From assembly GCA_035550595.1 (NCBI GenBank), contig DASZOV010000096.1:76602-140601 (forward strand): a stretch of 64,000 nucleotides of DNA, written 5' to 3'. The notes under the pieces were generated by a model that made no database searches, was not told where the DNA came from, and saw only the letters and a program-made list of their open reading frames with translations. The translations under genes and the position numbers were made by a program. Shown here one piece after another: positions 18,990 through 29,503 of the stretch (position 1 is its first letter; every line of letters begins with the position of its first letter). This stretch comes from Vicinamibacterales bacterium. GTDB lineage: Bacteria > Acidobacteriota > Vicinamibacteria > Vicinamibacterales > SCN-69-37.

Positions 18990-21851
18990 CTACGAGCCAC
19001 CGTCCGGTGAGGGCGCCTCGTAGAGACGCAACAACCGCATGGACCAGGGCGCTCCGTCAGGCGCCGTGCCCGTTTGTGTGAGGCGGATGAACTTCGCGGA
19101 GACCGGCGCGAAGGTGACGGTGTTCGTGCCGGACGTGCCGTCGCGTTGTGCGATGGGCGCGTCCCAGGTGCGGCCATCCGTCGATACGCGAACCTCGTAA
19201 TGGCGCGGGTAGGTCGCGATCTCCGGCTCGCCGTTCCGGCCGCCGCCGATCGTGGGCGACGTGAATTCCAGTTCGATCAGGCGGACGGCGGCGGGCAGTT
19301 CGACTTGCACCCACATGCCCGGCGTTTGCGGCACGCCGGTCGTCCACCCCAGGAAGTTGAGAACGTCGGCGGCCGTGCTCGCCATGTTGAATCCGCCGGC
19401 GTCGTTCGCGCTCGGCGGCCGGCGTCCGACCTGGCTGGCGGTGACGGTCCACGAGGCGTCCGGCCGAAGGACGTGCGGGAGTGCCCGTTCCAGCGCGTCG
19501 ACGGTCCACGGCGTCGTCCGACGTGCGCTCGCCGCGCGCGCGCGAGCGACATCGGCAGGCGTGACCAGGCTGGCGCTGTTGCCGAAACTGTTACGGACGA
19601 ACGAGGCGACGTCCGCGACCCATTCGTCGGTGTTCGTGCCCATCGGCACCATGACTTGCGAGTAGGTCGCGCCGTGAATCGGACCGGTGAGGCCGTGCAG
19701 GATCGCGTTGATGACGTAGTCGCGATGGCCGGTCACCCGGGGTGAACCCGCCAGCGCCGGAGCCACAGTCGCACCACTCCTGCCGCCGGGCAACGGCGTG
19801 CCGTGCCCGTCGTCGCCATGGCAGGCGAAGCACACTTCGTCGTAGATGGCGCCGCCGCGATCCAGCGCGGCGCGTTGGTCAGGAAGGAGTCGCGCGGCGG
19901 TCACGCTCCCCGCGCGACTGTTGGCGGGCGGATTCACGATGCGGTTGGCGACGAATTGGATGCCGCGTTCCGAACGCGTGGAGAGCGCCTGGCTGGCAAC
20001 GGCGGTTGCGTCCGAAATCTTCAGGACGTTCAGCGTCAAGAGCGCCTGAATGGCGACATCCACATCCGTATCGCGGGCGAGCGTGCGGTAGTCGGCGGCG
20101 AACGACGAGTCGCCGGCCTTGTAGAGCGTCTCGCTGGCCCGCATGGCGGCCATCCGAATCGTCGGATCGGGATCGGCGAGCAGACGCCGTGCGAGTGAGG
20201 CGGATAGGCTGTTCAGACCCTCGAGCGTCCAGATCGCGTGCACGCGCGCGAGCGCGTTCGTCGACGTCGTGGCCATCGTCTCGAGGGCCGGTACGACGGA
20301 GCGGTCTTGCGCGAGCACGAGCAGTTGTTGCGCCGTGTCGCGCCACCAGCCGTTCGGGTGCGCGAGGTGCGTCACGAGCTCGGCGGGCGTTTCCTCGAGC
20401 ATGCGCGGCTCGGTCGTGTCGCGCGCGATGCCGTCGTAGGTCAGCCGCCAGATGCGCCCGTGGTGGACGATCTTGTCCAACTGGTACTGCTCGATCTTGC
20501 GGCGCAGGTAGGTGCCTTCTTTCGCCCACTCGGCGCCTTCGATCATGCCGCGGTACATGTCGGCGATGTAGATGGTGCCGTCCGGGCCGGTCACGTTCCA
20601 CGCAGGACGGAAGAGCGGATCGATCGATCGGATGAACTCGGATCGCGGGTAGACGTTCGTGAGCTCGGTGAGCCCTTCGTGGCGCACCGGCCGGAGGCGG
20701 CGGATGGCGCGGCCCACGACCTCGCCGTAGAGGTAGTCGCCGGCGAGATCGGCCGGCAGCCGATCGCCGCGATAGATTTGGTTGCCCGCGGCGGCCGTGC
20801 CGTAAATCAGCGATCCGTCCGGCATGCGCGTGTCGGAGAGGCCCTGCTGGATGTCGCCGACCAGGATCGGCGCGCCCCAGATGATTTCCAGGTTCGGCTC
20901 GAACTGGTCGGGCCACGCGAAGTTGCCGTAGTGGATGGGGAACTGGAAGTAGCCGGGCATGCCGCTCGCGCCGCCCTGGAACCAGACCTTGCCGGCGTTG
21001 TCCTGCGTCACGCCCCACTGCGCGCCGTTCGGGCCCGTGGGCTCGCGCAGGATGCCCTGGGGCGTCCAGCGGATGCGGTACGCGTTGACGGTGCTGTAGA
21101 GCCAGTTGTCCATCGCCCAGAACAAGCTGCTCTGCTGGTGCTCGATGCCACCGGCCCGTCCGAAGTGCGTCGTGAACAGCTCTTTGCGATCCGCCACGCC
21201 GTCGCCGTCCGTGTCGGTGTACTTCCACACGTCGTCCTGATTCGTCTCCATCGTGAGGATGGCGTCCTTACCGAACGGCAGGACGAACCGCGGGAAGACG
21301 AGGTGATCGACGAATACGGTGTGGCGGGCGAACGTGCCGTCGTGCCGGACGTCTTCGAAGCGTGAAATTCGTCCGAGCGGGGGCGTCTCGTCGATGCCGT
21401 CCGGCGATTCGAAGTAGCCACGCAGCTCGAGCACGAACATGCGGCCGTCGCCGTCGAAGGCAATCTGCGCGGGATCCTCGATGACCGGCTCGGACACGAT
21501 CGGCGTCATCCGGTAGCCGGCCGGCAACCAGAACTGTTTGAGCTCGTCCTCTGGCGAGAGGGCCACGACCGGCGGCTTTGGCGAGAAGTCCGCGGTGGCA
21601 TTCGTCGGGTCGTCCGGGCTGGCGTGCGCCGAACTGTCCGAGGGGCGTGTACTCCGGTGTCCGCGTCCGGCGGCGGGCTGCGCGTCACCGTTCGGACGAG
21701 TCGCCTGGCCGCGGCCCGTGGACGTCGGGCCGGGGGAGGGCGCCGTGGCCTGCGGCGCGCCGCGGACGGCCCGCGTGCCGAGCGCGCTCCCGACAAGGAC
21801 AACCGCCACACCTACGATCACCCCTGCGACACACAGCGACCGACCTGTCAT
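18990..21851 (-). CDS. Membrane-anchored dehydrogenase-like beta-propeller / HEAT repeat / cytochrome c / F5-8 type C (discoidin) multidomain protein
   Basis: TM anchor MTGRSLCVAGVIVGVAVVLVG. The ORF extends to 21926, and the start is uncertain. It has a glucose/sorbosone-dehydrogenase-like region, a HEAT-like region (ALARVHAIWTLEGL...DPDPTIRMAAMRA), one CxxCH (CFACHGDDGHG) and a C-terminal discoidin-like domain (MWVQVELPAAVRLIELEF...YEVRVSTDGRTWD...AKFIRLTQTG). Confidence 0.75.
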   Translation of the reverse strand: MTGRSLCVAGVIVGVAVVLVGSALGTRAVRGAPQATAPSPGPTSTGRGQATRPNGDAQPAAGRGHRSTRPSDSSAHASPDDPTNATADFSPKPPVVALSPEDELKQFWLPAGYRMTPIVSEPVIEDPAQIAFDGDGRMFVLELRGYFESPDGIDETPPLGRISRFEDVRHDGTFARHTVFVDHLVFPRFVLPFGKDAILTMETNQDDVWKYTDTDGDGVADRKELFTTHFGRAGGIEHQQSSLFWAMDNWLYSTVNAYRIRWTPQGILREPTGPNGAQWGVTQDNAGKVWFQGGASGMPGYFQFPIHYGNFAWPDQFEPNLEIIWGAPILVGDIQQGLSDTRMPDGSLIYGTAAAGNQIYRGDRLPADLAGDYLYGEVVGRAIRRLRPVRHEGLTELTNVYPRSEFIRSIDPLFRPAWNVTGPDGTIYIADMYRGMIEGAEWAKEGTYLRRKIEQYQLDKIVHHGRIWRLTYDGIARDTTEPRMLEETPAELVTHLAHPNGWWRDTAQQLLVLAQDRSVVPALETMATTSTNALARVHAIWTLEGLNSLSASLARRLLADPDPTIRMAAMRASETLYKAGDSSFAADYRTLARDTDVDVAIQALLTLNVLKISDATAVASQALSTRSERGIQFVANRIVNPPANSRAGSVTAARLLPDQRAALDRGGAIYDEVCFACHGDDGHGTPLPGGRSGATVAPALAGSPRVTGHRDYVINAILHGLTGPIHGATYSQVMVPMGTNTDEWVADVASFVRNSFGNSASLVTPADVARARAASARRTTPWTVDALERALPHVLRPDASWTVTASQVGRRPPSANDAGGFNMASTAADVLNFLGWTTGVPQTPGMWVQVELPAAVRLIELEFTSPTIGGGRNGEPEIATYPRHYEVRVSTDGRTWDAPIAQRDGTSGTNTVTFAPVSAKFIRLTQTGTAPDGAPWSMRLLRLYEAPSPDGGS

Positions 21852-22131
21852 GCGATCCGCCTTCCTGACGCACGTCGAGGAGGCGACCATACGCGCTCGT
21901 CGCGGCGTGGTCATTGCGGTCCGCATGAAAAGTGACGCAAAGAATCTGAAAAGTGCGCGGAGCGGTCACGAACGCGCACGTGACGGGCGCTGACGACGCC
22001 GAGACGCGCCGGGCACTCCTTCTCGGCACCTCGCTACCCGGGTTGGCGCCGCCGGCGCACACGCCCTGCGCCAGGCGTTCGTCGTCACGTCGAGGAGCGG
22101 CGCGGCCGGCTCGGCGGATGGCGGCCGCGTG

Positions 22132-22147
22132 TGGAACAGCTCCTGCA
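22132..22147 (+). promoter_or_regulatory. Possible sigma54 (-24/-12) promoter: TGGAAC-N5-CTGCA
   Basis: tggaacagctcctgca has GG and GC at the canonical 10-nt spacing. It lies 35 nt upstream of the ATG at 22182, with the AGGAGA RBS in between. Confidence 0.3.
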
Positions 22148-22181
22148 GTGAGTCGCGCATCACCTCTTCAGGAGAACACCC

Positions 22182-22778
22182 ATGACGCAAGGAACTTTGC
22201 ACGACGCGTTCATCGACGAGCTGCGCGACGTCTACGACGCCGAGAAACAACTGACGAAAGCCCTGCCCAAGCTCGCCAAGGCGGCGACATCGGATCGGCT
22301 GCGGATGGCCTTCGAGGAGCACCTCGAACAAACGCGCGGCCATGTCGAACGGATCGAACAGATCCTCACCGGCCTCGACGAGAAGGTGCGCGGCAAGCAC
22401 TGTGACGGCATCGCCGGCATCATCGACGAAGGCAAGTCCGTGATGGACGAGGACTTCGACGACATCACGATGGACGCCTGTCTCGTCGCGTCCGGCCAGC
22501 GCGCCGAGCACTACGAAATGGCGGCCTACGGCACGCTCATCGCGTGGGCGAACGCGATGGGGCACGACGACGCCGCGGATCTCCTTCGGCAGACGCTCGA
22601 AGAGGAGAAGGCGGCCGACCGCAAGCTGACCGAACTGGCCGAAGGCGGGATCAATCAGGACGCCGCCGACCAGGCGCATCCCGACGAGTCCGACGAGGAG
22701 GAAGAGACCGGCACGCGAAAGAGCAGCGGAGCCGGCTCGGCCCACGCCGCGTCCATGAGGCGTGGGATGAGACGGTGA
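22182..22778 (+). CDS. Ferritin-like stress protein, YciE/YciF (DUF892) family
   Basis: LHDAFIDELRDVYDAEKQLTKALPKLAKAA...EEHLEQTRGHVERIEQI...EHYEMAAYGTLIAWA...LEEEKAADRKLTELA is a typical four-helix-bundle DUF892 sequence. The tail is acidic/basic. Confidence 0.85.
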   Translation: MTQGTLHDAFIDELRDVYDAEKQLTKALPKLAKAATSDRLRMAFEEHLEQTRGHVERIEQILTGLDEKVRGKHCDGIAGIIDEGKSVMDEDFDDITMDACLVASGQRAEHYEMAAYGTLIAWANAMGHDDAADLLRQTLEEEKAADRKLTELAEGGINQDAADQAHPDESDEEEETGTRKSSGAGSAHAASMRRGMRR

Positions 22779-22788
22779 AGCGGAGGGC

Positions 22789-22822
22789 AAACTTCGAAGT
22801 TCGAAGTTCGAACTTCGAAATT
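22789..22822. repeat. AT-rich heptad array / near-perfect 33-nt palindrome (AACTTCG AAGTTCG AAGTTCG AACTTCG)
   Basis: Lies between the convergent stops at 22778 (+) and 22872 (-). Positions 22790-22822 are self-complementary with one mismatch, so it is a likely bidirectional terminator or cruciform. A related array lies at 38976-39003. Confidence 0.7.
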
Positions 22823-22871
22823 GGGTGCAGGTGCCCTCGAGCCTCAGAGCCGGGGGTACCTGCAACCGCGC

Positions 22872-23786
22872 TCACGGCAGTCGCTTTTCTCCCGGCGCCT
22901 TGCCGTCCGCCGCGCTGTGTTCGATCTCCGCGTTCATCTCCGCACCGGCCAGGAGCGCGAGGCCGCACACGTACAGCCAGACGAGCAGCACGATGATGCC
23001 GCCGAGCGCGCCATAGGTGGCCGTGTAGTTGGCGAAGGTCGAGACGTACACCTTGAAGCCCAGCGACGCCCCCAGCCACACGGCGGTCGCGAGCACGGCG
23101 CCGGGCGTGATCCACCGCCAGGCCTGCTCGGCATCCGGCCCGAAATAGAAGACGAGGCCCACGCCGATCGTCACGAGCGCGAAGGCGAGCGGCCACTGCA
23201 GGATCTTCCAGGCCCATTCGAACACGGCGCCCAGGCCGAAATGCCGCGCGACGTTCTCGGCCATCGACGGCCCGCCCAGGACGAGCGTGAACGAGACCAG
23301 CACGAGCAGCGTCAGCATGACGGTCAATCCGATCGCGACCAGGCGCACGCGCCACCACGGCCGCGTCTCGGTGATGTCGTACGCGCGATTGAGGGCCGAG
23401 ACGATCGAGGTCAGCGCCGTCGAGCTCGTCCAGAGCGCACCGACCAGGCCAATCGTGAGGATGCCACCGTGATCCGCGTTCGAGATGCGCGCCATCTGGT
23501 CGCGCACGATCTGCAGGACGTCGCCCGGCGCAATGGGCGCGAGCGCCGCCGTGACGGTGTCGCTCACCTCGTGTAACGGAAAGAAGCTCGCGAGCGAGAG
23601 CAGGAAGAGCAGCGCCGGGAAGATCGCGAGAAAGAAGTAGTAGGCGAGTTGGGCCGCCAGGTTCAGGCAGTCGTCCGCGATGAACCCGCGTCCCGTGCGG
23701 ACGAGAATCGTCCGCGAGCGGCGCAGCCAAGCGCGCCAGCGCCGCGTCGCGGGCGTGGCGACCGCGCGCACGCCACGGTCGTTCAT
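22872..23786 (-). CDS. YihY/BrkB family inner-membrane protein
   Basis: [30 protein letters not shown]... with six TM segments. I chose the ATG at 23786; the ORF-track start at 23849 is a TTG. Confidence 0.8.
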   Translation of the reverse strand: MNDRGVRAVATPATRRWRAWLRRSRTILVRTGRGFIADDCLNLAAQLAYYFFLAIFPALLFLLSLASFFPLHEVSDTVTAALAPIAPGDVLQIVRDQMARISNADHGGILTIGLVGALWTSSTALTSIVSALNRAYDITETRPWWRVRLVAIGLTVMLTLLVLVSFTLVLGGPSMAENVARHFGLGAVFEWAWKILQWPLAFALVTIGVGLVFYFGPDAEQAWRWITPGAVLATAVWLGASLGFKVYVSTFANYTATYGALGGIIVLLVWLYVCGLALLAGAEMNAEIEHSAADGKAPGEKRLP

Positions 23787-24118
23787 GGCGTCAGTCCGAC
23801 GTTCGTGCACTCGTCCGCCTTCTCCGCAGGCGCGCTTCGGGAACTGCAAGAATGGAGCCCAGCCATCCCACGATTGCGCGCGACCGGAGGCCGCGGCGCG
23901 CGGCGGGTTTCCCTCGCGGCGATGCCGAGTTGGGGTCGACGCGTGCTCACTCGCGGGTGCCCGGCGCCCGACCGAAGGCCACCACTCCCGATGGCGCGCA
24001 ACGTTGCCCTCTCGCGAGCGGGCCGTTACGATGGGCGCGCAGGCCGCCGCCGACGTCCGGGGAGGTTCGTGGTCGTCCTGTCCCCCGGCTCCCTGGCGCC
24101 TGTCCGGCTAGGAAATCG

Positions 24119-27100
24119 ATGACGCCATCCTCGGTCGGCTTTGCTCGGTCCCGTTCACGGCGCGCGCTGCCGCCCGGCACGCTCGTCGCGATCGTCGTCG
24201 CGATGCTCGTCGTGACGGCGACCGCGGTGCTCACCTATGCCACGCTCATGCGGAGCCAGGCGTCGGCCGATCAGTCGACGCACGCGCAGCAGGTCATCCG
24301 CCAGCTCGGCGCGCTGCTCTCGAGCGCGACCGACGCGGAGACCGGCCAGCGCGGTTATCTCCTGACCGGCGACGAGACGTACATCGAGCCCTACACGAAC
24401 GCGAGCGCCGACGTGCCGGCCGAGCTGGCCGCGCTCCAACAGCTCGTCGTCGACCTGCCGAATCAAGCCACGCGGCTCGACACGTTGCGTGAGCTCGTCA
24501 CCGAAAAACTCGCGCTCGTCGGCGAGACCATCGAGATGCGGCGTGCCGGCCAGATCGCCGACGCGCTGTCGCTCGTCCGCTCCGATCGCGGCAAGCAGCT
24601 CATGGACCGCATCCGCGCGACGGTCGCCGACATGGAAGGCGACGAGCAGCAGCGGCTCGACACGCGCCAGCAGGCCTGGCAGCGGGCCGTGACGCTGTCG
24701 TCGACGGTCACCTGGGGCGGCTCGGCGCTGTTGCTCGCGTTCATCGGCGTGACGGCCACGGTCATGTCGCGCGACCATCGGCGCCGGCAGGTCGAGACGT
24801 GGATCCGCGCCGGCCAGATGGGACTCACGAGTCGCATCCAGGGAGGACCGTCGGTCGACGAGATTGGCGATCGCACGTTGTCGTTCCTGGCCGAGTACCT
24901 CGACGCGCAGACGGGCGCGGTCTTCGTCGCCGACGAAGGCGTGTTGAGGCGTGCCGCGGGCTACGCGGCAGCGGCCGACACGCCGATCGTCCGTCCCGGT
25001 GACGGGCTGGCGGGCCAGGTCGCGAAGGAAAACCGCGTGCTGCACGTCACGAACGTGCCCGCCGGATATCTGCCCGTCGCGTCGAGCCTGGGCCGGCGCG
25101 ATCCGATCGAATTGCTCGTCGCTCCGGCCGCCGCCGATGGCGTCGTGTCCGGGGTCGTCGAGCTCGGCTTCTTCCGCCGGCTCGACGCGGCCGACGTCGA
25201 TCTCGCCGCTCGCATCTCCGAGGCGCTCGGCGTGGCGTTGCGCGCCGCGATGGATCGCGGCCGCCTCGAAGCGCTCCTGGCCGAGACCGAGCGGCAGGCC
25301 GAGGAACTCCAGGTCCAGCAGGAAGAGCTCCGATCGAGCAACGAGGAACTGGAAGAGCAGGGGCGCCATCTGCGCGCGTCGCAGGCGCGGCTCGAGACGC
25401 AGCAGCACGAGCTCGAAGAGATCAACGCGCAGCTCGAGGAGCAGACGCAGGCACTCGAGGATCAGAAGGCGTCGATGGCCCGCCAGCAGGTCGCGCTCGT
25501 CGAGCAGGCCGGCGATCTGGCGCGGGCGAATCAGTACAAGAGCGAGTTCCTCGCCAACATGAGCCACGAGTTGCGGACGCCGCTCAACTCGTCGCTCATC
25601 CTCGCGAAGCTGCTGGCCGACAACAAGGACGGCAACCTGACCGAGGAGCAGGTGCGGTTTGCGCACACGATCCTCGGCGCAGGCAACGACCTGCTGGCGC
25701 TCATCAACGACATCCTCGATCTATCGAAGATCGAAGCGGGACGCCTCGACGTCACGCCCGCGCCGGTGCCGCTCGCCGACATGGTCGAGACCATCGGCGA
25801 GAGTCTGCGCGCGACGGCCGCGGACCGCGGACTGGCGTTCACCTACGGCGTCGATCCCGGCGCGCCGCCGTCGGTCGAGACCGATGCGCAGCGGCTCGGC
25901 CAGATCCTGCGCAACCTGCTCTCGAACGCGTTCAAGTTCACCGACGAGGGCCGCGTCACGCTGCGCGCGTCGGCCGGGCCCGGCGACAGCGTGCGGTTCG
26001 CCGTGAGCGACACGGGGATCGGCATTCCGGCCGAACAACAGGACGTCATTTTCGAGGCGTTCCGCCAGGCGGACGGCAGCACGCACCGCAAGTACGGCGG
26101 CACGGGCCTCGGCTTGTCGATCTCGCGCGACTTGGCGCGGCTTCTGGGCGGCGACCTGACGGTCGCGAGCGAGCCCGGACAGGGCAGCACGTTCACGTTG
26201 CGGCTGCCGCGCGTGTGGACGAACGCCGGTGTGACGACGCGTCCGGCTTCGCCGGTGACCGAGCGGCGTCCCGCCGAACGTCCGGTCTCGGAAACGCCCC
26301 AGGCGCTCGCGGCCGCACGCGTCGAGGACGACCGCGATCGGCTGACGCCCGACACGCGCCGTATCCTGGTCGTCGAGGATGATCCGCGCTTCGCCGCGAT
26401 CCTGCGCGACCTCGTGCGCGAGAAAGGATTTCAGTGCGTTGTCGCGCACACGGCCGGCGACGGAATGGCCGCGGCGACGTCATATCGGCCGAGCGCGATC
26501 CTGCTCGACATCTATCTGCCCGATCATTCCGGCTTGAGCCTGCTCGAGCAGCTCAAGCGTCAGGCCGAGACGCGACACATTCCGGTACACGTGGTCTCGG
26601 TCGCCGACTCCACGCAGGAGGCCTTCGAGCGCGGCGCGGTTGGCTATGCTCTGAAGCCCGTCAAGCGCGAGCAGGTCCTCGAGGCGCTGCAGCGGATCGA
26701 GTCCCGGCTGGATCAGCACGTCCGCCGCGTGCTCGTCGTCGAAGACGACGCCCGGCAGCGAGACAGCATCGAGCAGTTGCTCATGAGCGAGGGCGTGGAG
26801 ATCGTCGGCGTCGGCACGGCGGCCGCTGCGCGCGCCGAGCTCGCGGCCGCGCCGTTCGACTGCGTCGTGATGGATCTGAAGCTGCCCGACGCGAACGGGG
26901 ACGAACTGCTCGAGACGTTGGCCGCCGGCGATGCGCTGCCGTTCCCGCCGGTCATCGTCTACACCGGGCGATCGCTCACGCGTGACGAAGAACAGCGTCT
27001 CGGCCGGTTCTCGAAGTCGATCATCATCAAGGGCGCGCGGTCACCCGAGCGTCTCCTCGACGAGGTGACGCTCTTCCTGCACCAGGTCGAATCGACGCTC

Positions 27101-27541
27101 CCAGCCGAACGGCAGCGCATGCTCCGCGCGGCACGCGATCGCGAAGCGCTACTCGACGGACGCCGCATCCTCATCGTCGAAGACGACGCCCGCAACATCT
27201 TCGCAGTCTCGAGCGTGCTCGAGCCCAAGGGCTGTGCAATTCGCGTGGCCCGCAACGGGCGTGAGGCGATCGACGTGCTCGCGGCGAGCTGTCGCGGGGC
27301 CGACGACGCGATCGACCTGGTGCTGATGGACATCATGATGCCGGAAATGGACGGTCTGACGGCGATGCGCGAGATCCGCAAGCGGCCCGAATGGGCGCGC
27401 CTGCCGATCATCGCGCTCACGGCCAAGGCCATGAAGGACGACCACGAGCGCTGCCTCGCGGCCGGCGCGAACGACTACATCGCCAAGCCGCTCGACGTCG
27501 ACAAGCTGCTGTCGCTCGTGCGCGTCTGGATGCCGCGGTAG
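24119..27541 (+). CDS. Hybrid sensor histidine kinase: CHASE3-TM-GAF-coiled coil-HisKA-HATPase-REC-REC-REC
   Basis: CHASE3-like N-terminus ([39 protein letters not shown]) flanked by 2 TM segments. H-box is [15 protein letters not shown], with N/G boxes ([18 protein letters not shown]). Three receiver domains are present ([36 protein letters not shown]). I chose the internal ATG of ORF 23852..27541. Confidence 0.85.
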   Translation: MTPSSVGFARSRSRRALPPGTLVAIVVAMLVVTATAVLTYATLMRSQASADQSTHAQQVIRQLGALLSSATDAETGQRGYLLTGDETYIEPYTNASADVPAELAALQQLVVDLPNQATRLDTLRELVTEKLALVGETIEMRRAGQIADALSLVRSDRGKQLMDRIRATVADMEGDEQQRLDTRQQAWQRAVTLSSTVTWGGSALLLAFIGVTATVMSRDHRRRQVETWIRAGQMGLTSRIQGGPSVDEIGDRTLSFLAEYLDAQTGAVFVADEGVLRRAAGYAAAADTPIVRPGDGLAGQVAKENRVLHVTNVPAGYLPVASSLGRRDPIELLVAPAAADGVVSGVVELGFFRRLDAADVDLAARISEALGVALRAAMDRGRLEALLAETERQAEELQVQQEELRSSNEELEEQGRHLRASQARLETQQHELEEINAQLEEQTQALEDQKASMARQQVALVEQAGDLARANQYKSEFLANMSHELRTPLNSSLILAKLLADNKDGNLTEEQVRFAHTILGAGNDLLALINDILDLSKIEAGRLDVTPAPVPLADMVETIGESLRATAADRGLAFTYGVDPGAPPSVETDAQRLGQILRNLLSNAFKFTDEGRVTLRASAGPGDSVRFAVSDTGIGIPAEQQDVIFEAFRQADGSTHRKYGGTGLGLSISRDLARLLGGDLTVASEPGQGSTFTLRLPRVWTNAGVTTRPASPVTERRPAERPVSETPQALAAARVEDDRDRLTPDTRRILVVEDDPRFAAILRDLVREKGFQCVVAHTAGDGMAAATSYRPSAILLDIYLPDHSGLSLLEQLKRQAETRHIPVHVVSVADSTQEAFERGAVGYALKPVKREQVLEALQRIESRLDQHVRRVLVVEDDARQRDSIEQLLMSEGVEIVGVGTAAAARAELAAAPFDCVVMDLKLPDANGDELLETLAAGDALPFPPVIVYTGRSLTRDEEQRLGRFSKSIIIKGARSPERLLDEVTLFLHQVESTLPAERQRMLRAARDREALLDGRRILIVEDDARNIFAVSSVLEPKGCAIRVARNGREAIDVLAASCRGADDAIDLVLMDIMMPEMDGLTAMREIRKRPEWARLPIIALTAKAMKDDHERCLAAGANDYIAKPLDVDKLLSLVRVWMPR

Positions 27542-27545
27542 CGAG

Positions 27546-28382
27546 ATGGGCGCGACCGCGATCACGGGCGTCGATCTCGAGCTGGAACTACTGCTCGAGG
27601 CGATCTATCGGCGGTTTCACTACGATTTCCGCCGCTACGCGCCCGCGTCGATCGCGCGCCGTCTCGAAACGGCGATGACTCGGCTCGAGTGCGCGACGTT
27701 GTCGCAACTGCAGGACAAGATCCTGCACGAGCCCCCGGCGTTCGGCGTCGTGCTCGACTCGCTGACCGTGCCGGTGAGCGAGATGTTCCGCGATCCCGCG
27801 TACTTCCTCGCGTTGCGCCAGCACGTCGTGCCGCTCCTTCGGACGTATCCGTCGCTGAAGATCTGGGTGGCCGGGTGCAGTACGGGTGAGGAAGCGTATT
27901 CAATGGCGATTCTGCTGCGCGAGGAAGGGCTGCTGGCGCGATCGATCGTCTACGCGACCGACATCAACCCGCGCACGCTGGCCGTGGCCGAGGCTGGCGT
28001 GTACGACGTCGCGCGCGTGCCGGGCTTCACGCGGAGCCATCAGCAGTCCGGCGCGCGGACGTCGCTCGCCGATCACTACACGGCGGCCTACGACCGCGTG
28101 GTGTTCGACGCGATGCTCCGGCGGCACATCGTGTTCTCGGATCACAGTCTGGCGACCGACAGCGTGTTCGCCGAAGTGCATCTCGTGTCGTGCCGCAACG
28201 TGCTCATCTATTTCGATGGCGACCTGCAGGCGCGCGCCGTGGGACTGTGTCACGACGCGCTCGTCCGCCGCGGGTTCCTGGGGCTCGGCGCCAAGGAGTC
28301 GCTCCGCTTCTCGCCCCATCGTCAGGCCTTCGACGAGGTCGACCGAGGCGCCCGGCTGTTCCAGAAGAAGGACGTCCGATGA
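27546..28382 (+). CDS. cheR: CheR-type protein-glutamate O-methyltransferase
   Basis: MFRDPAYFLALRQHVVPLL....LKIWVAGCSTGEEAYSMAILLRE...ATDIN...CRNVLIYF are CheR SAM-binding motifs. It starts 4 nt after the kinase stop. Confidence 0.85.
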   Translation: MGATAITGVDLELELLLEAIYRRFHYDFRRYAPASIARRLETAMTRLECATLSQLQDKILHEPPAFGVVLDSLTVPVSEMFRDPAYFLALRQHVVPLLRTYPSLKIWVAGCSTGEEAYSMAILLREEGLLARSIVYATDINPRTLAVAEAGVYDVARVPGFTRSHQQSGARTSLADHYTAAYDRVVFDAMLRRHIVFSDHSLATDSVFAEVHLVSCRNVLIYFDGDLQARAVGLCHDALVRRGFLGLGAKESLRFSPHRQAFDEVDRGARLFQKKDVR

Positions 28383-29503
28383 TCGACGCGTCATCCACCG
28401 CCGCCACGTCCACGCCCGTCGTCTGCCTGATCGTCGACGACCTCGAGGAGAACCGGCTGGCGTTGTCGGCGCTGCTCCGGCGCGCCGATGTCGAGGTGGT
28501 CGCGGCCGGATCCGGCGTCGAGGCGCTCGACCTGCTGCTCGTGCACGACGTCGCGCTGGCAATCGTCGACGTCCAGATGCCGGAGATGGACGGTTTCGAG
28601 CTGGCCGAGCTGATGCGAGGCAGCGAGCGGACGCGCCGCGTGCCGCTCATCATGGTGACGGCGGGCGCGCACGACCGGCATCGGATGTTCAAGGGCTATG
28701 ACGCCGGCGCCGTGGACTTTCTGTACAAGCCGATCGAGCCGCACATCTTGAAGAACAAGGCGGACGTGTTCTTCGAGCTCTACCGGCAGAAACGCCAGCT
28801 CGAGCGCGAGCTCGTCGAGCGCACCGAGATGCTGCGTGTCAACGAGATGTTCGCGGCCGTGCTCGGCCACGACCTGCGCAATCCGCTCAACGCCATTCTC
28901 ACGAGCGCCGAGCTGGTGAAGGTCGCGCGCGACGAGCGGATGCTCGCCGAGATCGCGGACCGGATCGCGTCGAGCGGCCGCCGCATGAGCCGCATGATCC
29001 AGGACATGCTCGACCTGGCGCGCGCCCGGCTCGCCGGCGGCATCCCGGTCGCGTGCGCAGCCGCGGATCTCGGCACGCTCGTGCGGCGAACGATCGACGA
29101 GCACCGCGTGGCGTTCCCGGACCGACGCGTCGAGATCGCGTCGAGCGGCGATCTGGCCGGCACGTGGGATGCGGATCGGCTGTCGCAGCTCGCGTCGAAT
29201 CTCATCGGCAACGCGCTCGTCCACGGTCGATCCGAGGACCCCGTCGAAGTTTGTCTCGACGGCAGCCGTCCCGAGCGCGTCACGTTCGTCGTCTCGAACG
29301 GCGGCACGATCGATCCCGCGGCGCTGCCGGGCATCTTCGATCCGTTTCGCGGCGGCGATCGCTCGGGCGGCCGCGGCGGCCTCGGGCTCGGCCTCTACAT
29401 CAGCCAGCAGATCGCGCGCGCGCACGGCGGGCGCATCCAGGTCGAGCCGCCACGCGACGACCGCACGATCTTCCGGGTGGACCTGCCGCGTCACGGCACG
29501 TGA
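28379..29503 (+). CDS. Response-regulator receiver / histidine kinase fusion (REC-HisKA-HATPase)
   Basis: The ATG overlaps the CheR stop (ATGA). REC motifs are CLIVDDLEENR...AIVDVQMPEMDGFEL...DFLYKP. H-box is LGHDLRNPLNAI and the G-box is GGLGLGLYISQQIARAHGG. Confidence 0.85.
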   Translation: MIDASSTAATSTPVVCLIVDDLEENRLALSALLRRADVEVVAAGSGVEALDLLLVHDVALAIVDVQMPEMDGFELAELMRGSERTRRVPLIMVTAGAHDRHRMFKGYDAGAVDFLYKPIEPHILKNKADVFFELYRQKRQLERELVERTEMLRVNEMFAAVLGHDLRNPLNAILTSAELVKVARDERMLAEIADRIASSGRRMSRMIQDMLDLARARLAGGIPVACAAADLGTLVRRTIDEHRVAFPDRRVEIASSGDLAGTWDADRLSQLASNLIGNALVHGRSEDPVEVCLDGSRPERVTFVVSNGGTIDPAALPGIFDPFRGGDRSGGRGGLGLGLYISQQIARAHGGRIQVEPPRDDRTIFRVDLPRHGT

